Assembly (NCBI GenBank): GCA_947169105.1
Contig: CAMVOL010000005.1
Span: forward strand, 9,171-73,170
Direction of reading: 5' to 3'
Source: an uncultured Bacteroidales bacterium
Lineage (GTDB): Bacteria > Bacteroidota > Bacteroidia > Bacteroidales > WCHB1-69
DNA: 64,000 bases
Shown: piece after piece, positions 16,947 through 26,085 of the stretch
Position numbering within the stretch: the stretch's first letter is position 1
How the letters are laid out: the number at the start of each line of letters is the position of its first letter
The notes under the pieces: model-generated
The model's input: the letters and a program-made list of their open reading frames with translations, nothing else
Told to the model about the DNA's origin: nothing
The model's database searches: none
Translations under genes and position numbers: made by a program

Positions 16947-17105
16947 ATGAAAAGGACATTTCAACCGTCGAACAGAAGACGTAAAAACAAGCACGGGTTC
17001 AGAGAAAGAATGGCCACGGCCAACGGTCGCAGAGTTTTGGCTGCACGCCGCGCCAAAGGCAGAAAGAAACTCACCGTTTCCGACGAACCTATGGGAAGAA
17101 AATAA
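16947..17105 (+). CDS. rpmH: 50S ribosomal protein L34
   Basis: My translation gives [52 protein letters not shown] (52 aa). It is below the ORF-track size cutoff. Confidence 0.93.
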   Translation: MKRTFQPSNRRRKNKHGFRERMATANGRRVLAARRAKGRKKLTVSDEPMGRK

Positions 17106-17131
17106 TACATATTTACTATATGTATTGCGAG

Positions 17132-17159
17132 AGAAGGCATCTGATGTCTTCTTTTTTTT
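17132..17159 (+). terminator. Rho-independent terminator after rpmH
   Basis: An AGAAGGCAT-ctg-ATGTCTTCT hairpin (one G.U) is followed by a T8 run. Confidence 0.65.
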
Positions 17160-17190
17160 GTATTTTCGCAACCTCAAATTTTAAAATCGG

Positions 17191-18543
17191 ATGAAACGAT
17201 TTCTTGCGGCTATCATTTTTATAATCAGTTGTTTGCAAGTAACATTTCTGCAAGCGCAGTCCACGGTTGATGAGATTATCGCCATTATCGGGAAGGAAAT
17301 TATCATGCGCTCCGACCTTGAGGCCGAATACGCGAACTATGCGGCCCAATTCAACACGATGGACAACGAGGAGGAGGCACGATGCCTTATCTTTGAACAG
17401 CTTGTAAAACAGAAACTTTACCAGCATCAGGCCGAGGTCGATAGCATTGTCATTTCGGATCAGGAGGTGGACGCACGTGTGACCTACCAAATTAATTATT
17501 GGCTTTCGCAAGTGGGCGGCAACACCAAAATCATTGAAGACGCCTACCACAAAACAATGGATGAAATCAAGAAGGATATGCGGGAAATCATTCGTAATCA
17601 AATGATTGCGGAACGAATCCAGCAGGACATCACGGCCAATGCCACCATCACCCCGTCGGAAGTAAAACGGTTTTATGACAGAATCCCGTATGACAGCCTG
17701 CCCACGGTCGAACCCTCCTACGAATACGGTCATATTGTGAAGATGCCGCCCGTAAACGATGATGAAATCACGAACATAAAAGACCGGTTAATGGAGTATC
17801 GTGAGCGTGTGCTTCGTGGCGAAAAGTTCTCCATGCTGGCCCGCCTCTATTCCGATGACCCCGGTTCTGCCTCCAAAGGCGGTGAACTCGGTTTCGTGGA
17901 ACGTGGCACTTTATATCCTGAATTTGAGGCCGTTGCCTTCAACTTGAAATCGGGCGAAATATCACAAGTGGTGCAGACCAAAGCAGGTTACCATATCATT
18001 CAAATGATTGAAAGAAGGGGAGATAAAATTAATGTGGCCCACATTCTGTTGCAGCCCAAACCTTCTGCTGATGAGCAAGTGAAGGCCATAGAATACCTTG
18101 ACAGCGTAAGACAAGTTATCATCACCCAAAAGATGGATTTCAGCAAGGCGGCCATGCAGTTCTCCGACGATATGAACAAGAACAGCGGCGGCTGGTGCGT
18201 CAACCCGTACAACAACTCCTACAAGTTTGAAAAAGACTACATTGACGCCTCCACCTACGCCACTCTCAGCAAACTCATCCCGGGCGAATATTCCCAGCCC
18301 GTCGCGTATGTGAACGAGGACGGGAAAATGGCTTACAGAATTATATATATGAAGTCGAAAGTGGCTGCCCACAAGCCGAACCTGAAGGAGGACTATGACC
18401 TCATCAAAGGAGCTGCACTCGAGGAGAAAAAACAGGGGATGATGGAGAAATGGCTTGTCAACAAGGTGAAAATCACCAATATAAAGATAAACGAAAACTA
18501 TCGGAATTGCCCATTCGTAAGCAAATGGGGCATACCCGAATAA
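17191..18543 (+). CDS. Periplasmic peptidyl-prolyl isomerase, SurA-like (parvulin domain)
   Basis: Signal peptide, a SurA N-terminal-like region, and a PpiC domain (GGELGFVERGTLYPEFEAVAFNLKSGEISQVVQTKAGYHIIQ). Confidence 0.85.
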   Translation: MKRFLAAIIFIISCLQVTFLQAQSTVDEIIAIIGKEIIMRSDLEAEYANYAAQFNTMDNEEEARCLIFEQLVKQKLYQHQAEVDSIVISDQEVDARVTYQINYWLSQVGGNTKIIEDAYHKTMDEIKKDMREIIRNQMIAERIQQDITANATITPSEVKRFYDRIPYDSLPTVEPSYEYGHIVKMPPVNDDEITNIKDRLMEYRERVLRGEKFSMLARLYSDDPGSASKGGELGFVERGTLYPEFEAVAFNLKSGEISQVVQTKAGYHIIQMIERRGDKINVAHILLQPKPSADEQVKAIEYLDSVRQVIITQKMDFSKAAMQFSDDMNKNSGGWCVNPYNNSYKFEKDYIDASTYATLSKLIPGEYSQPVAYVNEDGKMAYRIIYMKSKVAAHKPNLKEDYDLIKGAALEEKKQGMMEKWLVNKVKITNIKINENYRNCPFVSKWGIPE

Positions 18544-18553
18544 ACGAACTAAC

Positions 18554-19528
18554 ATGGAACTGAATTTCAAAAATGATGTGGAAGCGATTGAGGCGTTCGT
18601 TGAAAAATACGCCGAATTACGCAAAGAGATAGCGAAAGTCATTGTGGGACAGGAAGATGTCATCCGTAACATCCTGATGGTGATGTTCAGCCGCAGCCAC
18701 GCCCTCCTCATTGGGGTACCAGGACTGGCCAAAACCTTGATGATCACGACGATAGCAAAGGCCATTGACCTGACATACAACCGTATCCAGTTCACGCCCG
18801 ACCTTATGCCGTCGGACATCATGGGTACCGAAATCTTGGACGAAACCCGCAAGTTCAAATTTGTGAAAGGCCCCATCTTTGCCAACATCGTACTCGCAGA
18901 CGAAATCAACCGTACCCCTCCGAAAACGCAGTCGGCCCTTCTGGAAGCCATGCAGGAGCGTTCGGTGAGTATGAACGGCGTGACCTACCAACTGCCGGAT
19001 CCGTTCTTCGTCCTTGCCACGCAAAACCCTGTGGAACAAGAAGGTACCTATCCCCTTCCCGAAGCCCAGCAGGACCGTTTCATGTTCAACATCCGTCTGG
19101 ACTACCCCCGTTTTGACGACGAAGTCCAAGTGGTGAAATCCACTATCCACGGGAAGATGGCCGAGCCCAACCGCGTGCTGACTTTGGACGAAATCATCTT
19201 CTACCAGAACCTGTTACAGAAAATTCCGATTTCCGACAACGTTTATCAGTATGCCGTAAATCTGGCGGCGATGACCCGTCCCGGAACGGAACGCGCCCAT
19301 GCTTGGGCCAACGACTACCTCGCTTGGGGTGCCGGTCCCCGCGCCTCCCAGTTCCTCATCATTGGCGCCCGCACCAACGCCGTCCTCAACGGCAAGTACT
19401 CGCCTGACATTGAGGATGTCCGCGCCGTGGCTCAAAATATCCTCCGCCACCGTATCATCAAGAATTACAAAGCTGAGGCAGAAGGAATTACTGTTGATGA
19501 CATTGTCAACAAACTGATGCACGCCTAA
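18554..19528 (+). CDS. moxR: MoxR-family AAA+ ATPase
   Basis: 324 aa with Walker A (GVPGLAKT), Walker B (LADEINR), and MoxR motifs (ATQNPVEQEGTYPLPEAQQDRF). Confidence 0.9.
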   Translation: MELNFKNDVEAIEAFVEKYAELRKEIAKVIVGQEDVIRNILMVMFSRSHALLIGVPGLAKTLMITTIAKAIDLTYNRIQFTPDLMPSDIMGTEILDETRKFKFVKGPIFANIVLADEINRTPPKTQSALLEAMQERSVSMNGVTYQLPDPFFVLATQNPVEQEGTYPLPEAQQDRFMFNIRLDYPRFDDEVQVVKSTIHGKMAEPNRVLTLDEIIFYQNLLQKIPISDNVYQYAVNLAAMTRPGTERAHAWANDYLAWGAGPRASQFLIIGARTNAVLNGKYSPDIEDVRAVAQNILRHRIIKNYKAEAEGITVDDIVNKLMHA

Positions 19529-19545
19529 CCCTAAAGCCCCCGGAT

Positions 19546-20706
19546 ATGCAGTTCAAGGACGTAATGGTGGATGAAGGTCTGAAAAGACACCTTGCCATGC
19601 TGGCTGATGAAAACCGTATCAGCCACGCACAGTTGTTCTTGGGGAAAAACGGGACACACAATTTCGCCCTTGCCGTGGCTTTTGCCCAATACATCTGCTG
19701 CGAAGATCCGCACGACGGCGATTCGTGCGGCAAGTGTCACTCCTGCAGGATGTTCGAGAAGCTCCAACACCCCGACCTGCATCTGATTTTCCCGAATTGC
19801 ATCGCCCGCAGCGTTAAAAAAGATCCCGAATCAGACCTTTTCGCACAAGATTTCCGGGATTTCGTCTTCGAGCACAACTACCACATCGACTTCAACGACT
19901 GGGTGAAGGAGCTGAAAAGTGAGAACAAGGTAGTCTCCATCAACATCCGCGACTGCGCCAGCATCATCCGGAAGAACAGCACCCGCGCCCACGAAAACGG
20001 CTATAAAATATACATTGTATGGATGGCGGAGAAACTACACCACACCGCCGCGCCGAAGCTGCTGAAAACGCTGGAAGAACCCGAAAACAAGACCCTTTTC
20101 CTCCTTTTGGCTGAAAGTACCGACACCATCCTCCCCACCATCCTTTCACGCACGCAGCTCGTTAAGATTCCGCCCGTGCCGGAAGAAGTCATCAAACAGC
20201 ATCTCATGGATGAGGAGCACCTTGACGAGGAGGAAGCCGCCGACATCGCGGCAATTTCCGAAAACAATTACGCCAAAGCGCTGAGTCTCAAAAATGAAAG
20301 TTTGGAACTGCACCAGTTCCACAAGTATTTCACCGCATTTGTCAAAAGTGCCTCCACCTACGTCCAGTCAGGGAATCTCGAACAAATGAATTATCCTGAA
20401 ATTCAGGAAATTATCAAAGAGATTTCCAAAAGCAGCAAGGATTTCCAGAAGAACCTGATGCGCTATTTCAGCCGGATGTTCCGAAATGAACTTCTTGTAA
20501 ACCAAAAAGATAATTCTTTGGTAAAAGCCACTGCCGACGAGTATAAAACATTGGAGGCATACGCGCCGTTTTTCACCCTGAAGAATGCGCAACCTTTATA
20601 CAACGAATGTAACAAGGCCACCTATCATTTGGAGCGGAATGCGAACACAATGCTGGTTTTCACCGACTTCTACTTCAAACTTGCGCAATTTTTTGCCAAG
20701 AAATAA
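19546..20706 (+). CDS. holB: DNA polymerase III subunit delta'
   Basis: Clamp-loader layout with ISHAQLF.G..G, a zinc module (CGKCHSCRMFEKLQHPDLHLIFP), and TLEEP...LPTILSR. Confidence 0.8.
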   Translation: MQFKDVMVDEGLKRHLAMLADENRISHAQLFLGKNGTHNFALAVAFAQYICCEDPHDGDSCGKCHSCRMFEKLQHPDLHLIFPNCIARSVKKDPESDLFAQDFRDFVFEHNYHIDFNDWVKELKSENKVVSINIRDCASIIRKNSTRAHENGYKIYIVWMAEKLHHTAAPKLLKTLEEPENKTLFLLLAESTDTILPTILSRTQLVKIPPVPEEVIKQHLMDEEHLDEEEAADIAAISENNYAKALSLKNESLELHQFHKYFTAFVKSASTYVQSGNLEQMNYPEIQEIIKEISKSSKDFQKNLMRYFSRMFRNELLVNQKDNSLVKATADEYKTLEAYAPFFTLKNAQPLYNECNKATYHLERNANTMLVFTDFYFKLAQFFAKK

Positions 20707-20714
20707 TCGGTTTT

Positions 20715-21194
20715 ATGATTATTGCATCTTTTCCCATTAAAGTTTTTTTTGGAGATAATTTCCAAATCATTGAAAATGAACGTGATTTTTCGGCTCTGAT
20801 GCAGGAATACACCTATATTCGGGCGGCGGGCGGTATAGTCCGTAATGCCGAAGGGCAGATTCTGATGATTTTCCGACGCGGTGTCTGGGATTTCCCGAAA
20901 GGAAAGGTTGAGAGTGGCGAGGGAAATGAGGAAGCTGCTGTGCGTGAGGTATTTGAAGAAACCGGAGTGGCGGCGCGCATCACCAACCCCGTCCCCTTTT
21001 CCGTTTTTCATACCTACGACACTTACGGCCCGAAGATGCTGAAGGAGACTCTCTGGTACGAGATGATGGCCGTAGCCGGCAGCACTTGCCCACAGACGGA
21101 AGAGCAGATTACCCAAGCGGTGTGGGTGGATCCAGCGGAAGCTCGCGCTCATCTTGAAAACTCGTATGCTGCGCTGAAAGAAATCCGCCTTTAA
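20715..21194 (+). CDS. NUDIX hydrolase
   Basis: Nudix box GKVESGEGNEEAAVREVFEETGV. Confidence 0.85.
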   Translation: MIIASFPIKVFFGDNFQIIENERDFSALMQEYTYIRAAGGIVRNAEGQILMIFRRGVWDFPKGKVESGEGNEEAAVREVFEETGVAARITNPVPFSVFHTYDTYGPKMLKETLWYEMMAVAGSTCPQTEEQITQAVWVDPAEARAHLENSYAALKEIRL

Positions 21195-21223
21195 AAAAAT
21201 CCCTGAATTTTCACAAAAAACAA

Positions 21224-21251
21224 CCCGCCCCCGTCTTTCGACGAGGGCGGG
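21224..21251. terminator. GC-rich hairpin between convergent genes (bidirectional terminator candidate)
   Basis: CCCGCCC (21224-30) pairs with GGGCGGG (21245-51), with an inner CGTC/GACG stem. An A6 run lies on the left (T6 for the - strand operon) and a TTTT run on the right. Confidence 0.55.
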
Positions 21252-21260
21252 GTTCATTTT

Positions 21261-21298
21261 CATCCGTAGAGACGCGCCATGGCACGTCTCTACGGATG
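21261..21298. repeat. REP-like 38-nt palindrome CATCCGTAGAGACG-cgccatggca-CGTCTCTACGGATG
   Basis: Perfect 14-bp arms surround a near-palindromic CCATGG centre. The arms are related to the palindrome at 8583-8608. Confidence 0.65.
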
Positions 21299-21311
21299 AT
21301 GGGTCACGGAA

Positions 21312-21803
21312 TTATTCCATGTTGCGGTATTCGTCCACAATGCCCTTGATGTCGGCGGGGGTGAGACGGCCATAGACCTTATCGCCAACCATGGCAACAG
21401 GTGCAAGACCGCAAGCGCCCACGCAACGCAGACAGGTCAGGGAGAACTTGCCGTCGGGAGTGGTCTGACCCACCTCGAGGTTCAGTTCCTTCTTGAAAGC
21501 GTCCAGAACCTTCTCGGCACCACGCACGTAGCAGGCCGTACCCAAGCATACGCTGATCGGGTACTTGCCCTTCGGGGTCATGGTGAAGAAAGCGTAGAAT
21601 GAAACCACACCGTAAACCTTGGCGGTCGGAATGTGCAGACATTCAGCAATCAATTCCTGAACCTCAGCGGGAAGATAGCCCAAGAAATCCTGAGTCTGGT
21701 GCAGAACATTGATCAATTCACCGGGATCGTTGTTGAATTTGTTACAGATGTCGATCACTTTTGCTCTGACATCCTTGTTCAATTTGATGATAATCTTATC
21801 CAT
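21312..21803 (-). CDS. hydC: [FeFe]-hydrogenase NuoE-like [2Fe-2S] subunit
   Basis: Thioredoxin-like 2Fe-2S motifs: VCLGTACYVRG and CLRCVGACGLAP. Confidence 0.85.
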   Translation of the reverse strand: MDKIIIKLNKDVRAKVIDICNKFNNDPGELINVLHQTQDFLGYLPAEVQELIAECLHIPTAKVYGVVSFYAFFTMTPKGKYPISVCLGTACYVRGAEKVLDAFKKELNLEVGQTTPDGKFSLTCLRCVGACGLAPVAMVGDKVYGRLTPADIKGIVDEYRNME

Positions 21804-21830
21804 TTTTTTGAAACTTTCTTGATTACTAAA

Positions 21831-23618
21831 TTATTTTTCCAAATCGACTTCCACCGTGGTCTGTCTGTCGAAGTAGTGCGTGTGCAGCAGTTCGTGAGAC
21901 TTGTGACCGCAGGGCTCTCCAAGGTATTCCTTGTAGATGGCCTGGATGGACGGGTTCTCGTGCGATTTACGGATGGGCATTTCGCGGTCGGCGCGGTAGA
22001 TGGCCTCCCAACGTGCCTTGATGATGTCGCTGTTACCGTGGTGCAGCGGCTGACCACCACCGTCGATACAGCCGCCGGGGCAGGCCATGATCTCGATGGC
22101 GTGGAACTGGCTCTTACCAGCCTTGATGTCCTCTAACAGCTTGCGGGCGTTGTGCAGACCGTGAGCGATACCGATGTTGAGCTTGAGGCCGTCAACGTCG
22201 ATGGTAGCGCTACGCACACCTTCCAAACCACGGAGTTCCTCGAAGTCAATCTTCGGGAGGGTCTTCTTGGTGATGACCTCGTAAGCCGTACGGACGGCAG
22301 CTTCGATCACACCGCCAGTGGTACCGAAGATGACAGCAGCACCGGTGGATTCGCCGAGCGGGCTGTCGAACGGGATGGGCTCGAGAGCGTTGAAGTCGAT
22401 GTTGGCCATCTTGATGAGGCGGGCCAGCTCACGGGTGGAGATGGAGTAGTCCACATCGGGATTGCCGTTGACTTTGAACTCGTCGCGGCTGCATTCGTAT
22501 TTCTTGGCCAAGCAGGGCATCACAGAAACGCTGATCATATCCTCGCGTTTGCAGTTGATCTTCTCAGCGAAGTAGGATTTGGCGATGGCGCCGAACATTT
22601 GCTGCGGAGATTTAGCGGTGGACGGAAGGTCGCGCATTTCCGGGAACTGGTGCTCGAAGAAGTTGACCCAAGCGGGGCAGCATGAGGTGAGGATCGGGAG
22701 CGGAACGCTCTTGTCGCCAGCCAAGTATTTGGTCAGACGGCCGATGAGCTCGGTACCCTCTTCCATGATGGTCAAGTCGGCGCTCCAGTCGGTGTCGAAA
22801 ACGTAGTCGAAACCGAGAGCCTTGAGAGCGGCGGCCAACTTGCCGGTAACGATGCTGCCGGGTTCCATGCCGAACTCTTCGCCGAGAGCGACACGCACAG
22901 CGGGAGCCACCTGTACGACGGTCTTCTTGGTCGGGTCGGCGATAGCGCGGATGATCTTGGGAGTGTGATCCACTTCCGTAAGAGCGCCCACGGGGCAAAC
23001 GGCGACACACTGACCGCAGAAGGTGCAGGGTGACAGTTCGAGGTGCTGGTTGAAAGCGGTGGAGACCACTGCCGGGAAGCCACGTTCGATAGCGGAAAGG
23101 GCACCCACGGTCTGCATTTCGTTACACATCGTCTCGCAACGACGGCACATCACGCACTTGTTCATATCGCGGATGATAGACGGAGAAACCTCAACTTGGT
23201 AGGTGGATTGTTCGTGACCTTCACCAACGAAGGGATTCTCGCGGATACCGAAGCGGATGGCCAGAGCCTGGAGCTCGCAGTTGCCGCTCTTGGCGCACTG
23301 GAGGCAATCGTTCGGGTGGTCGCTGAGGATCAGTTCGAGGACGGTTTTGCGGGCGTTGATCACACGGATGGAGTTGGTGCGAACGACCATGCCTTCCATA
23401 CATTCGGTGACGCAGGCGGGAGCGAGGTTTCTGCGCTTCTCAACTTCGACGACGCAGATACGGCATCCGCCGGGTTTGTTGTGGACATCCATGCCTTTGA
23501 ATTCAAAGTGGCAAAGGGTCGGGATGTCGATGCCCATGCTTTGTGCGGCTTTAAGAATGGTAGTCCCTTTCGGAACTTCAACTTCTCTATTATCGATGGT
23601 TAATTTGATTGTATCCAT
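21831..23618 (-). CDS. hydA: [FeFe]-hydrogenase catalytic subunit (group A, multimeric type)
   Basis: H-cluster motifs TSCCPAWV, MPCLAKKYE and EIMACPGGCIDGGGQP, plus N-terminal 2Fe-2S and 4Fe-4S ferredoxin modules. Confidence 0.92.
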   Translation of the reverse strand: MDTIKLTIDNREVEVPKGTTILKAAQSMGIDIPTLCHFEFKGMDVHNKPGGCRICVVEVEKRRNLAPACVTECMEGMVVRTNSIRVINARKTVLELILSDHPNDCLQCAKSGNCELQALAIRFGIRENPFVGEGHEQSTYQVEVSPSIIRDMNKCVMCRRCETMCNEMQTVGALSAIERGFPAVVSTAFNQHLELSPCTFCGQCVAVCPVGALTEVDHTPKIIRAIADPTKKTVVQVAPAVRVALGEEFGMEPGSIVTGKLAAALKALGFDYVFDTDWSADLTIMEEGTELIGRLTKYLAGDKSVPLPILTSCCPAWVNFFEHQFPEMRDLPSTAKSPQQMFGAIAKSYFAEKINCKREDMISVSVMPCLAKKYECSRDEFKVNGNPDVDYSISTRELARLIKMANIDFNALEPIPFDSPLGESTGAAVIFGTTGGVIEAAVRTAYEVITKKTLPKIDFEELRGLEGVRSATIDVDGLKLNIGIAHGLHNARKLLEDIKAGKSQFHAIEIMACPGGCIDGGGQPLHHGNSDIIKARWEAIYRADREMPIRKSHENPSIQAIYKEYLGEPCGHKSHELLHTHYFDRQTTVEVDLEK

Positions 23619-23633
23619 TTATCTAATACTTTA

Positions 23634-25427
23634 TTATTTAATACTAATTGCGTTAAACTTACATTTTTCGTAGCAAGTGCCGCACTTGATACAGGCGTTC
23701 TGGTCGATTTCGTGCGGGTTCTTGACGGTGCCGTGGATAGCGCCAACCGGACATGCTCTTGCGCAGGCGGTGCAACCCTTACACTTGTCAGGATCGATGA
23801 CATACTGTTTGAGGGCCTTGCACTGACCGGCAGGACATTTCTTATCGACAACGTGTGCCACGTACTCATCCCAGAAGTTGTCGATGGTGGACAACACCGG
23901 GTTCGGAGAGGTCTGGCCCAGACCGCAGAGAGCAGTGTCTTTGATGACGTGGGCGAGGTTACGCAATTCTTCAAGGTCTTCCATCGTGCCCTTGCCTTCG
24001 GTGATCTTCACGAGGATTTCGTGGAGACGTTTGTTACCGATACGGCAGGGTGAGCACTTACCGCAGGATTCTTCCACGGTGAACTCGAGGTAGAACTTGG
24101 CGACAGAAACCATACAGGAGGTTTCGTCCATCACAATCATACCGCCGGAGCCCATCATGGAGCCGGCAGCGATGAGGTTTTCGTAATCGATCGGGGTGTC
24201 GAGGAACTTCTCGGTCAAGCAGCCACCGGAGGGACCACCAGTCTGGACGGCTTTGAACTTCTTACCGTTCTTGATACCGCCACCGATTTCGTAGATGACT
24301 TCGCGAAGGGTGATACCCATCGGAACCTCGATCAAACCGACGTTGTTGATCTGGCCAGCCAAAGCGAACACCTTGGTACCTTTGGATTTCTCGGTACCGA
24401 TGGAGGAGAACCATTCCCAACCCTTGTTGATAATCACCGGGATGTTGGCGAGGGTCTCGACGTTGTTCACGTTGGAGGGTTTCTTCATGTAACCTTCAAC
24501 GGCCGGGAACGGCGGTTTGAAGGTGGGTTCGCCGCGGAGACCTTCCATGGAGTGGATGAGGGCGGTCTCTTCACCGCAGACGAATGCGCCGGCGCCGTAG
24601 CGGAGTTCGATGTCGAAATCGAAGTCGGTGCCGAAGATGTTCTTGCCGAGGAGGCCGTATTCGCGGGCCTGGCCGATAGCGACTTGCAGGCGGTGGATAG
24701 CCAGCGGGTACTCAGCGCGGATGTAAACCAAACCCTTGGTGGCACCGATGCAGAAACCGCCGATAGCCATAGCTTCGATAACGGTGTGCGGGTCACCTTC
24801 GAGGATGGAACGGTCCATGAACGCACCCGGGTCACCCTCGTCGGCGTTGCAGATCATATATTTCTGGTCGGCCTTGTTGGGACGGCAGAGGCTCCACTTC
24901 ATACCCGTGGGGAAGCCGGCGCCACCACGACCGCGGAGGCCTGATTTCTTGATATCCTCGATGGTAGCTTCGGGATCATTTCTTTCGAGCACGCTGGCGA
25001 GAGCCTTGTAACCGTCGCGGGCGATGTACTCATCGATGTTCTCGGGGTTAATGAAACCGCAGTTACGCAAAGCGATACGCATCTGTTTCTTGTAGAAACC
25101 CATGTGTTTGGAGTCAGCTTTGTGCTCCTGGCTCTTGGGGTCAAGATAGAGGAGGCGCTGGACCTTTCTGCCCTTGACGATGTGTTCGTCAACGATTTCG
25201 CGGCAGTCTTCGGGTTTCACCTGGGTGTAGAACGTGTTGTCGGGAAGCATCTTGACGATGGGGCCTTTCTCGCAGAAGCCGAAGCAGCCGGTACCCACGA
25301 CCTGAACATCATTCTCTAAATTCTTCTCTTTGATGAGTTGTTCAAAATTCTCTTTAATCTTGGCGCTTTGGGAGGCGTGGCAACCCGTACCGCCGCAAAT
25401 CAAGATATGGTATTTGTAATTAGCCAT
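23634..25427 (-). CDS. hydB: [FeFe]-hydrogenase NuoF-like NAD(P)H/FMN-binding subunit
   Basis: GGAGFPTGMKW, the 4Fe-4S motif ESCGKCSPCRIG, and C-terminal 2x[4Fe-4S] motifs (CKGCTACARACP, CIKCGTCYEKC). Confidence 0.9.
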   Translation of the reverse strand: MANYKYHILICGGTGCHASQSAKIKENFEQLIKEKNLENDVQVVGTGCFGFCEKGPIVKMLPDNTFYTQVKPEDCREIVDEHIVKGRKVQRLLYLDPKSQEHKADSKHMGFYKKQMRIALRNCGFINPENIDEYIARDGYKALASVLERNDPEATIEDIKKSGLRGRGGAGFPTGMKWSLCRPNKADQKYMICNADEGDPGAFMDRSILEGDPHTVIEAMAIGGFCIGATKGLVYIRAEYPLAIHRLQVAIGQAREYGLLGKNIFGTDFDFDIELRYGAGAFVCGEETALIHSMEGLRGEPTFKPPFPAVEGYMKKPSNVNNVETLANIPVIINKGWEWFSSIGTEKSKGTKVFALAGQINNVGLIEVPMGITLREVIYEIGGGIKNGKKFKAVQTGGPSGGCLTEKFLDTPIDYENLIAAGSMMGSGGMIVMDETSCMVSVAKFYLEFTVEESCGKCSPCRIGNKRLHEILVKITEGKGTMEDLEELRNLAHVIKDTALCGLGQTSPNPVLSTIDNFWDEYVAHVVDKKCPAGQCKALKQYVIDPDKCKGCTACARACPVGAIHGTVKNPHEIDQNACIKCGTCYEKCKFNAISIK

Positions 25428-25446
25428 TCTGTAAATTTTTTATGGG

Positions 25447-25842
25447 TTATTTATCAATTTTTTCGTAGTTAACGGGGATGATGCCATCCAAAAGCTCGTT
25501 GCCGGCAAGGTATTTGTCAACCAGTTCAGTGGCTTTGGCGGGGGTGATGTAGCCAAAGACAACCGGATCCTGACCGGGTTTCTTGACCTCGACAGTGGGT
25601 TCGGCGTAGCAGTAGCCCATACAACCGGTCTGGGTCACCACGACGGGAAGTTTGCGGTCGTTGCACTCGTTAATGATGGTTTCCATCACCTGCTTGGCGC
25701 CGGAGGCGATACCGCAGGTGGCCATAGCGACCTTGACCTGAATCATGTTGTCAACATTGTCGCCCATTTCGCGCAACTGCATGCTGGATTGAAGCTGTTC
25801 TCTCTTCTTCTTCAAATCCGCTAATGATTTGATTTTTTCCAT
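25447..25842 (-). CDS. Thioredoxin-like [2Fe-2S] ferredoxin (HndB-like), first gene of the hydrogenase operon
   Basis: The ATG at 25842 (MEKIKSLADL...) is used. Cys motifs ATCGIASGA and TGCMGYC are present. I rejected the ORF-track extension to 25926. Confidence 0.7.
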   Translation of the reverse strand: MEKIKSLADLKKKREQLQSSMQLREMGDNVDNMIQVKVAMATCGIASGAKQVMETIINECNDRKLPVVVTQTGCMGYCYAEPTVEVKKPGQDPVVFGYITPAKATELVDKYLAGNELLDGIIPVNYEKIDK

Positions 25843-25902
25843 AGTTACCTTGTTTTTGTTTATGATTAAATTATGGTTTTTTCGGTCTTTCAAAAAACGC
25901 GG

Positions 25903-25910
25903 CAAAGTTA
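25903..25910 (-). promoter_or_regulatory. -7 promoter box (TAACTTTG) for the hydrogenase operon
   Basis: TAnnTTTG consensus in the context TAacTTTGccgcg on the - strand, about 60 nt upstream of the ATG at 25842. Confidence 0.45.
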
Positions 25911-26035
25911 GTAATAAAAACCACATTATGGCTATTTTTCAAAAAAAAAATACCTATAAATGGGTATCATTTAAAATTCCTTAAAATCAGTGAAAATATT
26001 CAATTTTTTTTGCCGCTCAGCTGAACATTTTTTCC

Positions 26036-26043
26036 TACTTTTG
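26036..26043 (+). promoter_or_regulatory. -7 promoter box (TACTTTTG) for the 26086 gene
   Basis: TAnnTTTG consensus in the context cTActTTTGcagtcc, 43 nt upstream of the ATG. Confidence 0.45.
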
Positions 26044-26085
26044 CAGTCCCGTTTGTTGATGATAAAATTGCTAATCTGAACTTGT

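Noticed and set aside
18554-19528. MoxR ATPase plus a DUF58 protein (28946..29881) as a Bat/aerotolerance-type operon.
   Set aside because: The two genes are about 9 kb apart on opposite strands, and no BatA-E (vWA/TPR) genes are nearby, so no operon can be claimed here.
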